This document shows, in pieces, positions 1-13,524 of a DNA stretch of 64,000 bases (position 1 is its first letter; every line of letters begins with the position of its first letter). The DNA comes from the human T2T-CHM13v2.0 reference genome, Homo sapiens. Under the pieces are notes generated by a model that saw nothing but the letters and a program-made list of their open reading frames with translations, did no database searches and was not told the origin of the DNA. Where the stretch lies: assembly GCF_009914755.1 (NCBI RefSeq), contig NC_060936.1. One strand, given 5' to 3'. The translations under genes were made by a program, and so were the position numbers.

Positions 1-64
1 GCTTTATTGTCTTCATACATTTTGCTAAGAAGTTATCAACTGTATTAATCTTTTCAAAGAACAA

Positions 65-324
<260 letters not shown>

Positions 325-517
325 TAACAATTTTTGACTGTTGAGTTTTTCTATTTTATTGATAGTTTTGTCCTTCATTATTTCCTTCCTAATCGTTTTT
401 TGAAGGTTGATTGGCTGTTATTTTTCTAGCTTCTTGAGCTGGAAGCACTAATTTTTTGCCTTTTAAATTTCTATTATTCATTACATGTCTTTGTAAGTAC
501 CCACAAGTCTTGACATG

Positions 518-1038
518 TGTTGGAAAAGGCGGTCTCATGCACACAGCCTTTCCACCCCTTCTCACCAAATAAAAATGGGCCTTGGGCCTGAAACACTTTC
601 TTACCAAGCGATAGAGTCCTCACAGCCTGTGCTGGACCTGTCACTCTGTGTGAAATATTTTTCCCTGTTTTACACTCAGTGTGTCCTCCTTTGCTCTGCT
701 TCAGCATGTGTGTCATATGTCACCTGGCTCACCTTCAGTATCTCCCCATTGGGAAGGGGATGGAGGGACAGGGTTGGTCTGCTGTAGCCCAAGAAGGGTG
801 TGTGTAGACCAGTTGTTGGCATCAGCTGCTGGGAGGAACTTGCTCACCATGGGATACCAACACCTATTACTGAAGCTGATCTTGCTTTGTCTCCTCTCTG
901 TGTAAGTAAAGCGTTGTTCCATGCAGTGCTTGACTGTGCATCGTGTTTTCTTTGGTGACTATGATACCAAGATACAATGAACAGAAGTTCTAAGACTTCT
1001 ACTCCTGATATTAGGTGACAGATACCACTTGCTTGACA
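518..1038 (+). mobile_element. Solo LTR, ERVL-like
   Basis: TG...CA termini, 5-bp near-TSD ACATG/ATATG, AGTAAA poly(A)-like signal ~905; family not certain. Confidence 0.55.
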
Positions 1039-1378
1039 ATATGTGTTTATTATCATTCAGTTCAAAATGTTTTCTAATTGCCATTGTGGTGGTTTTTTCT
1101 TTATCTCACTCATTTTACATATGTATTTGATTCATTTCCAATGAGTTGATGCATATTTAATTTTTTAAAAAAATTGTTATAAAAACATAAAAATTTATTA
1201 TCTTAACCGGTTTTATTTGGTGTGTGTGTTATTGCTATCTAGCTCATATCCACTGTAGTTTGAGATGATACTCTAAGTGATTTTCATCCTTTGATATTTG
1301 TTGAGGCTTGCTTTATAATGAAGCCCATAGTCAATTTTGGTAATGTTTTGTGTAGTCTTGAAAAGAATGTATGTTCTT

Positions 1379-1637
1379 GGCCAGGCACAGCCCAGCACTT
1401 TGGGAGCCTGAGGTGGGCAGACTGTTTGATTCCAGGAATTCAAGATTAGTCTGGCCAACCCTGTCTCTACAAAAAAAATGCAAAAAGTTAGTGGTGATGC
1501 ATGCCTTAGTCCCAGCTACTCGGGTGGCTGAGGTGGGAGGATTGCTTCAGCCTGGGAGGTTGAGGCTGCAGTGAGCTGTGATTGTGTCACTGCACTGCAG
1601 CCTGGGTGAACAGAGTGGGACCCTCTCTCAAAAAAAG
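1379..1637 (+). mobile_element. AluJ-like
   Basis: ggccaggcacag...cccagcactttgggag...A tail. Confidence 0.85.
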
Positions 1638-2071
1638 GTAAGAAAAAGAATATTCTGTTGTTGAGTGTAGTGTTCTGTGTATGTCAGTTAAGTTGAATTT
1701 TTAATTTTGTTGTTTAGAGCTCTTACTACATAATGATTTTTCTCTGCTAAAAAAAAATGAGGTCTTGGAAAAAAATAGTGTCATCTATAAGCATTAAAAA
1801 AATTAAAAATGAGGTCCTGAATGGTGTGCTCAAATTTCCAACATTTATTATGGGATTTGTTTAATTCTGTAAGTTTTTGCTCTATATCTTTTGAAGCTGT
1901 ATTGTTGGATACATGCACATTTAGAATTTTTATATCTTCTTGGTGGATCAATCCCTTAGTCATTATAAAATGTCCCTCCTTATCTTTAGTAATATTTCAT
2001 TAAGGTCTATTTTATTTGATATGAGATAGCTACCTCAGCTTCCTTCTCTATGTCTTTTGTAAGCAGCATAT

Positions 2072-2475
2072 AGAGTTGTCCTTTCATATCCATGACTTCT
2101 GCATCCATGGATTCAAGCAACTGCAGATTGAAAATATTAAGAGAAAAAAAAGATGGTTGTTTCTGTACTGAACACGTGCAGATATTTTTTCTTGTCATTA
2201 TTCCTTAATACAGTATAACAACTATTTACATAACATCTACATTGTATTAGGTATTAGAAGTAATCTAGTGATGATTTAAAGTATATGGCAGAATATAAAT
2301 AGGTTATGTGCAAATACTACATCATTCTATACAACAGGCTTTCAGAACGTGTAAAATAATATGAACAAAAAAATTTAAATCAAAATATAACAGGCTTGAG
2401 CATTTGTAGATTTTGGCATTGTTGCGGGGGTGGGATCCTGCACCGAATCCCCCTCGGATACCAAGGGGATACAGT
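2072..2475 (-). mobile_element. MER2-like TcMar-Tigger DNA transposon
   Basis: Degenerate TIRs and internal similarity to remembered MER2 consensus. Confidence 0.7.
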
Positions 2476-3716
2476 GGGACCATTTGCAGATCCTCTAGAG
2501 TGCTCTCTCCTGTCTGTCTCCCTGTCTTTCCGCTTTAATACTCTGTCCTGCATACTCTAGCTGTTTTGATATCCTCCGATGCTCAGTTTATCTCAATTAA
2601 TGAAGTCCACACAAGCTCCATCTGGATTCTCTTTCCCTTTGCTGGGACCTGAGAATTCTCTCAAGACATTAAGCCGGGGCAGTCATAGAGTTCACGTTGT
2701 TTGTTTCCCATCTCTCAGGGATCACTGTTCTCTCTAAAGTCCATTGTCTTAAAAATTGTCATTTCATATGTTTTGTCTGGTTTTTATTTGTGGGAGAGGG
2801 GTTGTTTCAAGTAAAAGGGTAAAATCCTGTCCCCATTACTTTGCCTTGGCCAAGAGTGAAAGTGGCCCATTAGATGATTTTTATCAGTGATTTTCAACCT
2901 TTTCTACAGGGTTAGAATTCTTTGTTCAAGTAAAATCTTATCCCCAAGTGTCATGTGTATGTGAAATAAATGAGGGCAAGATGGTGGTAGTGTAGTATAT
3001 GTGCACATGTGCCTTTGTATGTGTTGGGGATATAGCAGAGCTTTTTTGCTGACTTGGATTCCTATTCCCATTCCTTGAGGGCTTTATAGCCCAATTTGAA
3101 AGTCACTAATATAGAGAGTACAAATAGGTATATAAAAAAGTAAGCAAATGAGAAAATAAGCCAGTTATTAGTTACAGAGGAAACAAACTATCCAGGAAAG
3201 GAAATTTACAGTATATCTCATTTTGGGGTTTGGAAGGATGTGTACAAAATAGTGTAATTGAAAATTGATAAAATAAAAAATCTTATATACTTATATTGGG
3301 TAAAGGAAGATAGGAGAAGTGACAGAGCGAGAGAGAGAGAGAGTGTTTATGTGTGAAGGAAATAAGAAAGCTCAGTCTTATAAGAAGTCTCAGATAATGT
3401 GTAGACTTTACAGAAAAGCAGTTTAAGAATGGTATTTAAAAATAAGGAATTAAATAACATGAGAGTTGAAAGGTAGTTTAGGGGGAGGTCTGTTGTTGAT
3501 TGATAAAAATAAAAATTACAAAAAAAAAGCATATGGTAGGTTTGGAAGTGGAAATAATTGAATACAAAATTCTCTTGCAAGAAATTTGGCAGAGAAGGGA
3601 AGGAGAAAGAAGTTGGCCTCTAGAAGTGGGTGGGATACATGGCCACATAATCTGTTTTTCCATCTCAAAACACTTGGACCTTTTAACTTTTTTCCCCCTT
3701 TTTAACCTGTCTTTAA

Positions 3717-4064
<348 letters not shown>

Positions 4065-4098
4065 TGAATCTTACATACTTGTGCTATATTATATTATA

Positions 4099-4190
4099 TA
4101 ATTCTCTAATAGAGGCTCTAGGATTTCTCATTGATGCTTTTATGTTTTGTAATTCTCTAATAGAAGCTCTAGAGTTCCTCACTTATGCTT
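4099..4190. repeat. Two-copy ~51-bp tandem duplication
   Basis: taattctctaataga(g/a)gctctag...atgcttt occurs twice. Confidence 0.8.
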
Positions 4191-4692
4191 TGATTAGTTG
4201 TATCATGCAAGTTAAAAATTATAATTTTGTAACATACCCAAATTGAGAGAATAAAATATTCATATATTATCCAGAATCCGTATTTGCTTCATTTTTTAAC
4301 CCCTTTAAAGTATTTTAAAGCAAATCTCAGTCAGACCTTGTCTTTGTCTTTGTGTATTTCAGTATAAATTTGTAAACATAAAAAGTTATTTTTTTTGCGT
4401 GATCACAGCACCATTAGAACACTGAGCAAAATTAGCAGTAATGTCTAAGTACTGTTTAATAGTCAGTTCATAATAAAATTTTACCTCAAAAAGTATTTTT
4501 ATACGTATTTGTTTGAGTTAGGAAACAAACTAGATCCATGCGTTTGTATGTTTCATAAGCCTCTTTAAACTAGACTGTATGCTATTGACTATTTATTGGT
4601 GGGGCGTTTGTGTAGAAAGACCTACATTCTGGATTTGTATATTTTTTGTTGTTCTTCTTTGTGGTGTTTTTTAATTTTTAATTAATTAATTT

Positions 4693-4813
4693 ATTTTTTT
4701 AGAGAAGTGGGGTTTTACCACGTTGGCCAGGGTTGTCTTGAACTCCTGACCCCAAGTGATCCTCCTGGCTCCCAAAGGGTTGGGATTATAGGCATGAGCC
4801 ACCATGGCCAGCC
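4693..4813 (-). mobile_element. Alu monomer / FLAM
   Basis: Reverse Alu left-arm sequence. Confidence 0.75.
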
Positions 4814-4836
4814 ATGTGGTGTTTCTTTAATCCCTA

Positions 4837-5150
<314 letters not shown>

Positions 5151-6059
5151 GAGGAAGATCTAGAACCTTGATTAGATTTCAAATCATAGGTAGTGCAGTG
5201 TATTTCATATTGCATCACATCAGAAGGTATAACATGTCAGGTTGTTTCGTGAAATCAGGAGGTGACAGATGACTCCTACCATTATAAAATTACCTATCAA
5301 TCTTTCATCTAATGGTTTTATTCATTGAAGATTGTTTCCTGAATACTTTTTCTGTTGTATCCTCCACATTTGTCAACGGGAATTCTTTGGTAGATAACTT
5401 TCTCTCATTAATTAGATCGGTTTGGATATTATGAAATACAGTTTGTAGAAAATGTAGGATAAATGCTTAATTCTATTTTAATTGCCAATTTTCAGAGTAA
5501 CAGTGATAACTTCATCAATATTAAGCAATTAAAAAGTAGACCCTTGGGTTGTTGGAATTTGTTAAAGGGTAAGTTTAAATTGTATTTTTAACCAATATAG
5601 ATGTTGTTTTTAAAAATTATGTGATGAGGTAAGGCAGAGAACAAATTGAGAATCCATTATTAATTTCCCTAGTATTTAAAAGCTGTTAATATTTAAACTA
5701 AAGATTAGAAGTGATTAGTAGCTAAATTTACTAGCTTAGTAGTATACATTTTAGGGATTAAAGTTTAACAGGATATAATTCGTCATGCAAAACCAAACGC
5801 ATATAGGGTAGTACTAACTTGAGAGAGTAACGTTGAATGGCATTTCTAACTAAATTGAAAGCCTTTTTTTTTTTTTTTTTAAGATGTGAAAGAGAATTTG
5901 CCCAGAAATGATATTTAACATTTAGCTATTTGGATTTAAGCTACTTTTAGAGACATATTGAAATTGTTGTTTTTAAATATTGTTTTAACATATATTTTAG
6001 TCTTAATTATTATTTTATAATTTCATCATTACTTTGCTGTTTTTTATTGAAATTTAAAT

Positions 6060-6300
6060 GTATCATTGGCTACATTTACGAGCTTACGGTGTGCCAAGCA
6101 CTGTTCTAAGTACTTTTATGTGTATCAACTTACTAATCTTCAGAACAATGCAAGAAGTAGGTTCTAATGTACTGATTTTATATATGAGATAGAGAGACAC
6201 AGAGGGTTGGTGACTTGCCTAAGGTTACTCGGTTTGTATGTAGCAGAGCTGGGATTCAAACTCAAACTCTGGCTCTGTAGCTCATCCTGTCAGCTACTAC
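6060..6300 (-). mobile_element. MIR
   Basis: MIR core-like gacttgcctaaggttac...agagctgggattcaaac. Confidence 0.65.
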
Positions 6301-9229
6301 TATCTGAAATACTTGACAAATAGTGCAGGATAAACCCCATTAAAAGGAGCTCACTAAGATTTATATTTTGTCTCAACTCTACTGAGGTGGAATTTTATAT
6401 TTCTAGTATATATTTAATATAGTATATATAGCTAGAGTGTGTATAGTGTATTTTAATAGTATATTTTAGATGATTCAGCACATTGAGTTACTTGTGGTTT
6501 ATGTATGAGGTGGGAACAATGCAAAGGTAAGAAGTATTACCTGTACATCTTTAAACTGAAGTCATTGTTCTCCAGCCAGAGACCAGTAGAAACTCACCTG
6601 TAGCTGAAGAAGTTGGGTTTATTACTCACTGCAGTAAGGGAGAACTACATTGAGAATGGTGGGGATTTGTCTGGTGATTTGGGGGAGGGTTCGAGGTAAC
6701 GGTATTCTCTGGATTGGATGGTGTCAGGAAGGAGGTGGGACAAATCTATGACTTACGGGCATCTTAATCGTACCTAGAACGCTGAAGAAATGAAGCAGGC
6801 CCAAAGTTTGACTGGAAAAGAGCAGCAGTCACTCATATTAGCCAGGATAAGGAGGTATTTGGTAATTTTTGTCATTTGGACAAAGTTCCTATTTTTTTCT
6901 ACCTTCAGACATGATTACAGAGTGGTTTTGTTGTTTTCTTGACCCATTATGATCACAGAGTAACCCTATCTAATGTTGAATGTTGATGTTCTGTAAAACA
7001 GTTTATGTTCAGCATGACTTCAAGGCCTAGTGAGTGCCAGGCCGTTGTTTTGCTACTAATTTTTCCACTAGTAAACCAGGTTCATTGCTGTAAAACTACA
7101 AGTTAGTAAACATACCTAAGTCAAAAGAAAAAAGGTTAAATTACTTATGGAGAAACAAGAAAATAAAGAAACAAGATTTAAACTACCTAGTATCTTTGTA
7201 GACAAATAAATATTTATACATAAAATATTTTGATAAATGCGAGATTATATTATTCACATATCTTTTTATTCTAGCGGTTTCTTTCCAGTTATGTAGCTGT
7301 TGTGCAATACAGAAAGTTAGGGCTAGTGTCATTGGAGTTGTGACACTGTGTCTTCTTCATAAATGTTTAATTAGTGTTCAGTAATTTGTATTGAGTAATC
7401 ATATCTGTCTCTAGCCCTTAAATGCACACATCTTTTTATGTTTGTACAAATAAATGTATAATATAGCATGGTCAATTTAGGGATAATAAGAGAATGCAAT
7501 TTTTATAAGCTAGATGAAGACATTAATGTTGGTAGCTATACGAGTTCTAGTGTTTAAGTATTAAGTACCTACTGTTTGCTGTGAAGATTCAGAAAATGGA
7601 GATGATGATTTCTGGAGTTTGAGGAGCCTAGAGTTTCTTTCATTATAAGCATTTCAGAATGTTAAAAGGTTTCTCAATCTTTATTACCGTATTTGAAATA
7701 TTTTATCTATGACATATGAAGAAGTTACAGAACAGCATGTGTGAATTGATAGTGGCATTGTGATAAGAAATAACATGTTTTTCAATGCAGATTTTAATAA
7801 AATTATGATTATGATAAAAAATAGTCATTTTAAGTATATATTCTTCCTGACAGTGTCTTTCATACAGTCTTTTTGAAATCTAGGTGGAAGGCAACACTAG
7901 TATGCACATTTTTAAAAAATGGGGATATTCAAAATAAGTCCCTTTATACTAGTTCATGAAGTTTTACTGCATTATGTGAATAAAGGTAACAGCTAAGCCC
8001 TATATATAATAAAAACCATTATATAAACACTGGTTAGTTGTATATTATTAATAGTTTTAGTAAATACTTTCACATCTTTTTTCATATGTCATTTAATATC
8101 ATATCAATCTAATTGAGATAGAAATATTTACCCTCTTTCTTAAGCATTAGTTAAATGTATATACATACTTTTAAAACTTCTGTTCTTTTTTTCTATTCTT
8201 GCCCCATTGACATGAAAAAAATGTTCTGAATTCTTGCTTTCGCTTTTCTCTTTTCTTCCTTTGTTCCACTTGGGAGCCTTCAAAAGTTCTGAATTATAAT
8301 AGAAGTGAAGTGTTAGTTCTAGTGTCAGATTAATACAGAGGAAAATGAAAATTACAATTTTTAATAGACTTTTATAACTAGTATTGCTAATTACCTGTTT
8401 CCTTTTGAAATACACCGTCTGTGCTCAAATCTAAAAAAGGATTTGAAGTACTTGACTTAAAGGTCTTGACAAGCCCCAAAAGTCTTATTTAAAAAATACC
8501 ATAGAAATCTCTACTTACCTCTTTTTTCTTCCTGTAAGGTTGCGTTTTTGTTTGTAGCCATAGTGGTTAAATTATAATAGTCAAAACTGTTATACTCTGA
8601 GTGTATAACACAATGTTTAATGCATGTTTTGTTAGATAATCTTTAAAATTAATATATAAAATTGAGTTTTTAGTAAGTTGGAGATTTGCCATAATGTAAA
8701 TTATGGTAGATTATATTTGTATATTTATTAACAAATCTATGAATGTTGTTAAGGACTTCTATAAGTAATGAACCATACTAGGAATAGGGCAGTGTTCCCA
8801 TTCTCAGAGACTTTCCAATCTGTTGGACATAGGAGAGATTCCCTGTATGTGTACATTCCCTGTATGTGTACACACACACATACACACAAATGTGCAAAGA
8901 TTGTGATACAAGGCAGACTGTGAGAAATGGCAGGTATCAAGAAAGTTATATAGAAATATTGAAGACAGAATGTATAATTAACACTTTGGATCAAGGAAGG
9001 CATGTTATATGAATTAAGGGCAACATGTTAACATTAGTGGTTCTCTTTGTTTAAATATAGAATTAAAATTATAGATGTTAGATAAAATTGTATTCAAAGA
9101 TGGTTCTTTTATGTGAAGAAGTTGGTGTTTTCTTTAATTAGTATTTAACTCATGATTTTCAATTTATCTCCTGTTCTCTAAAGATAGATAATTGCTTTTT
9201 TTCCCATTTTTAAAAAAAATTTTTGGCAG

Positions 9230-9489
9230 CTCTTCACAGATGGAATCACAAATAAACTTATTGGCTGTTACGTGGGAAACACCATGGAGGATGTAGTCCT
9301 GGTGAGAATTTATGGCAATAAGACTGAGTTATTAGTCGATCGAGATGAGGAAGTAAAGAGTTTTCGAGTGTTGCAGGCTCATGGGTGTGCACCACAACTC
9401 TACTGTACCTTCAATAATGGACTATGCTATGAATTTATACAAGGAGAAGCACTGGATCCAAAGCATGTCTGCAACCCAGCCATTTTCAG
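9230..9489 (+). CDS. ETNK1: Ethanolamine kinase 1, coding exon 2 (LFTDGITNKLIGC...CNPAIF)
   Basis: ttttggcag acceptor and CAG|GTACAT donor; 260 nt; translation matches ETNK1 N-lobe; phase continues into 24478. Confidence 0.97.
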
Positions 9490-9678
9490 GTACATTTTCT
9501 TTTCTGAATTTTTCCTTTTGAAAAATATGGGCATTTAAGTGCATTAAGGAAATATTTTTTAAAATTGTCTTTGTTTGAGCAACTATTTGGTTAACTTAGA
9601 AACTTTCTTTAGCTAGGGTTTTTGTTTTTGTTCTTGTTTTCCCTAAAAAGATAGAAGTAAATTTCTTTATATTTGCAG

Positions 9679-9772
9679 TTTATCATCGTTGACTCTTTGC
9701 AAAGGAAAAACTACAAGATGTTTTGGATTAACCGGCTGCAGAGGGTCAAGGCTTCTGCTTAGTTTTTTCTAG
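9679..9772 (+). CDS. ETNK1: Alternative terminal exon of short ETNK1 isoform (SLSSLTLCKGKTTRCFGLTGCRGSRLLLSFF*)
   Basis: tttctttatatttgcag acceptor 190 nt after exon 2; reads in frame to TAG 9770-9772; ATTAAA at 9856; peptide matches my recollection of the short isoform C-terminus. Confidence 0.8.
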
Positions 9773-10058
9773 TTAGTGTTTGAGTTGAAGTGTTATACAT
9801 TTCTTACTGCCGATTGCTTATTACTTAATTGTTCATGTTTTCAGAGTTCTTGCCTATTAAAATTTTATTAATTTGGTTAACAATTCTTTGTTCTTTACGT
9901 TGTTCATTATTTAATTTAATATATTATGTTTTCTATAAAGAATAATGTCATATATGCTTGATCATTTTTCCAAAATTGCCAGCTTTAAAAATTCTCTTTC
10001 TGCTCTTGAAAACTCTAGAAAATGGTCTGGATTTGAAAACAGCATTCATAGGTTAGAC

Positions 10059-10391
10059 CAGCAGTTCGCAACCATTTTGGTCTCAAGACCTCTTTATAGC
10101 TCTTTGGGCTCTTTGTTTTAATATTTGATTAATGTTTATCAATATTTACCATATTAGATATTAAAACAAATTTTTTAGAATACAAGAATATCAAGTACAT
10201 GTCCTGTTAGCTATCATTGTGATGAAATTATCACATATCATATAACCTCTTGAAAGGTACACTGTACACTTGTGAAAGAGTGAGAATGAGAAAGGTAAAT
10301 AACGTCTTGTGAAAATAGTTTCAACTTTACAAAGCTCCTGAAAGGATTTCGGATGGCCCGGGGCTCCCTGGATCATAGGTTAAGAATTGCT
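10059..10391. mobile_element. hAT-Charlie non-autonomous element
   Basis: cagcagttcgcaa...ttaagaattgct degenerate TIRs; ends resemble the element at 46947. Confidence 0.6.
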
Positions 10392-11039
10392 AAGTTAATA
10401 CACTGACAAAAATGGAATGTACCAGTAACACTTATCTATTGTAAACCTGTATCAAATAATATATTAAAATATTTTGTCATAGAAATCTGTTCAAACCCTA
10501 GTTTTTAGCCATCACATATATTTTCTTCTTTTACATGAGTCTAGTCTTTAGATGTATTAAAAGATTCTGATTAATACATTTGTGTTTACTGTGTGTCAAT
10601 TGTTTTGTGGTCTTTAGGCTTGCATGTATTTATAAATCCTCAATCTTGTTCACAATGGTTGACAAATACCTATATAACAGCATTAAAAATTAATAGATGC
10701 ATAAATTGGATCCCCCCAAAGCTGGTTTTGTATATATACAAAAACATATTTCATGAAGTTCCTAGAGAAGGGCCACATGAGTTTCCTTGTAACTAAAGCA
10801 GAGAGTAAAACATGATTGATCTATTTCAGTAACCTCAAATAGAAACAGTAAAATAATTATAGTTTTTGATCAAGAACAGTGAAGGTTTGTCAAGGCTGAC
10901 TTTGGTATTTGATACAATGTTATAAACATGTTTTCAGTAAAAATATCCTTTTCTATACTTTTTGGTTAGATCTACTTACTTATTATTTCTTTCCCAAATG
11001 CCAAAGCCTTTGTTTATTTTTTCTCTACTTAGATCTTTT

Positions 11040-11340
11040 TAAAAATATATTTTTTATTGATATATCATAGTTGTACATATTTTTGTGGTACATGTGATAT
11101 TTTGATACATGTATACACTGTATAATGATCAAGTTAGAGTAATTGGTGTATCTATCATCTCAGACATTTTTTTTTGGGTTGGGACATTACAGTTCTTCTT
11201 TTCTAGCTATTTTGAAATATACAATAAATTATTGTTAACTATAATTTCCTTGCTGTATTATTGAATGCTAGAACTTATTCCTCTGATTTAACTGTACGTT
11301 CATACCCATTAACCAACTTCTTTTCATCACCCCCCTTCCT
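11040..11340 (-). mobile_element. L1M 3' end fragment
   Basis: Typical reverse L1 3'UTR (ttgtacatattt...tacatgtgatattttgatac). Confidence 0.7.
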
Positions 11341-13524
11341 AGATTTACTCAGAATATGTATAAGTGATACTAATGTAGGCATATACACATTTCATAAAAA
11401 GAATATACTGTGTTAGAAACCAAACATCAATACTCTGAATTCTTTGACAGCTGGCTTGTAATAAGTGATACATTGAATTGCCCCACAGTTTTGCAGAGGA
11501 GAAGCAGAGTGGAGGCCGAGAAAGTAAGCAAAAGAAGATGACACTGAAGAACCCTGTATGATAGGATATTGTTAGTTGGCATTATGAATAGTAACATTTG
11601 CTATTTAATTTGTTTCGCTGTTAAATTTATTTCAGACTGTATTCTAATTCCTATGGCATTTCTTATTGTTAAGCAGGTCTTAGTCACTATAAAACAGAAA
11701 ATATGAAAAGAAAAGCTAAGGGAGGGAAAGGCAAGTTTTGATTAACAAAACGTCTGAGTTACACATGATTTTAAATAGGAGTGTGGTTTTATTTTTTTCA
11801 AATATGTACGGTGAAATACTTCTAAAATACCAAGTAAGCAGATCAGTAGACCATGGTCTGGAGCCCCAAGAAGAGGTTAAAGATGTAAATTTGGGATGAT
11901 GTGCTTATTTAGCCCCTTTTAAATGAATTTTATATTCTGTGGTTAAAAAGAATCTTTGATTTGTTAATTTAATAGGGACTTACTGACAATTTGGGGTTAG
12001 TTGTCACATTTTGATTAATCCTTATGAGCTTTAATGTTTGAATATAATAATAAACTTTTAAGACACTATTGATTGTTAGGTCAGCCTAATAATATGCATG
12101 CAGTGATCTGGACTGATTGATCAGTAAATGTTGATGAGCGCTTTAGATCAAAGTCCACAGTACTTTCTTGAATTGGCTCATTCAACCATAGCTGTATGCT
12201 TATATTATGATTATGACGAAGGTATCTCATTTGAATGTAAAAGGCTTATGTTTATGTTTGGACTAGTCTGGGGGAGGAAGAAGAATCTAAACTGTCCTTG
12301 CTGTCTTAGTAATTTACAGTTTGTGACACAGTAACCTTGAGGGAAAAATAACCTAAATATTGTACAAAGAAGAACAGAAAAGGCTTTCAGAGAAAGTACA
12401 GGTAGTTGATTTTGGGCATACATAGGAAATTAGTATGTTTCACTGTGATCACATTTGAACTGAACTTTGAAGGACAAGGTAGCCTGTAGGAGGTGAGGAA
12501 TGGTATAGGTAAAGACAATGAGCTATAGTGCCTGACGGGTAATTCCACTTATGGAAATTTATCATTCTCTGTTTTATTTGAGCTTTTTTGTAGCAATCAG
12601 TTATTACGGACACCTTCAGAAATTTTTTTAAAATTCAAAAGTGTTTAGAAATTTTTTCAAATTTCTTATCAGATATTTCTTAGAAATTTGCCTCTTGTCA
12701 AGAACCTGGCTGAAGTTTAATGACAAACCATCCAGTAACAGACATAATGGAAGAAATGCAGTTTCAAATCAATTGTTGCAAGTTTATCAAAGAGCATACT
12801 GAGGGTACCGTAGTGGAACTGGCACCTTGTGGGTTGTGTGCATGTACAGTTGGTAGTGTTTTCTTTTGGAAATCAAAAGGACAATATATAATAACTCAAA
12901 AGAAAGTTATATGCTGTATTTCTGGCAGCAACAATTAAAAGTCTCTTATATTCAGATATAACTAAGGTACCTCAACACAAAGGAGAATTATGCTACTGTT
13001 GAAATGTAACTTTTTGACTATTGTCTAATACATGCAAAATGGCTGATGCAGGGCAACAGGAAAAAATCAGCTTAAAAAATAGCTTAACTGTGGCTACAAT
13101 TAGGCAGTAATTTGCTCATGCAAAAACTCAAAGGGGATATATAAAAATGAAATACTATGGGATGGTAAGATTAAAGATTATTTTTCGTTTCAAAATATTT
13201 TTGTTATTGTTAGAATACATTTAATTTTTTAAAAGCTTTCAAGAGAAGTAACAATTAGTGTTAGTGAATATTTGAGGAATTCTCTGAAGCCTTGAGGGTT
13301 TGAAACATTTGGCTTTAACGAGTATGGAATTTTAAAGCAGCGTTTGACTTGATGTTACTGTAGTAAAACCTCGCTTACTGAGACAAGGTAGGAGAAGGAC
13401 CAATATATGATAGTGAAAATCAGATATCTTTTAAATGATTTTTAATTACCTTCTTATATATACAAAACATAAATTAATGATTATTAAATAATGCTAAGTT
13501 ATCTGAATGAAGAGATTTTCCTTT

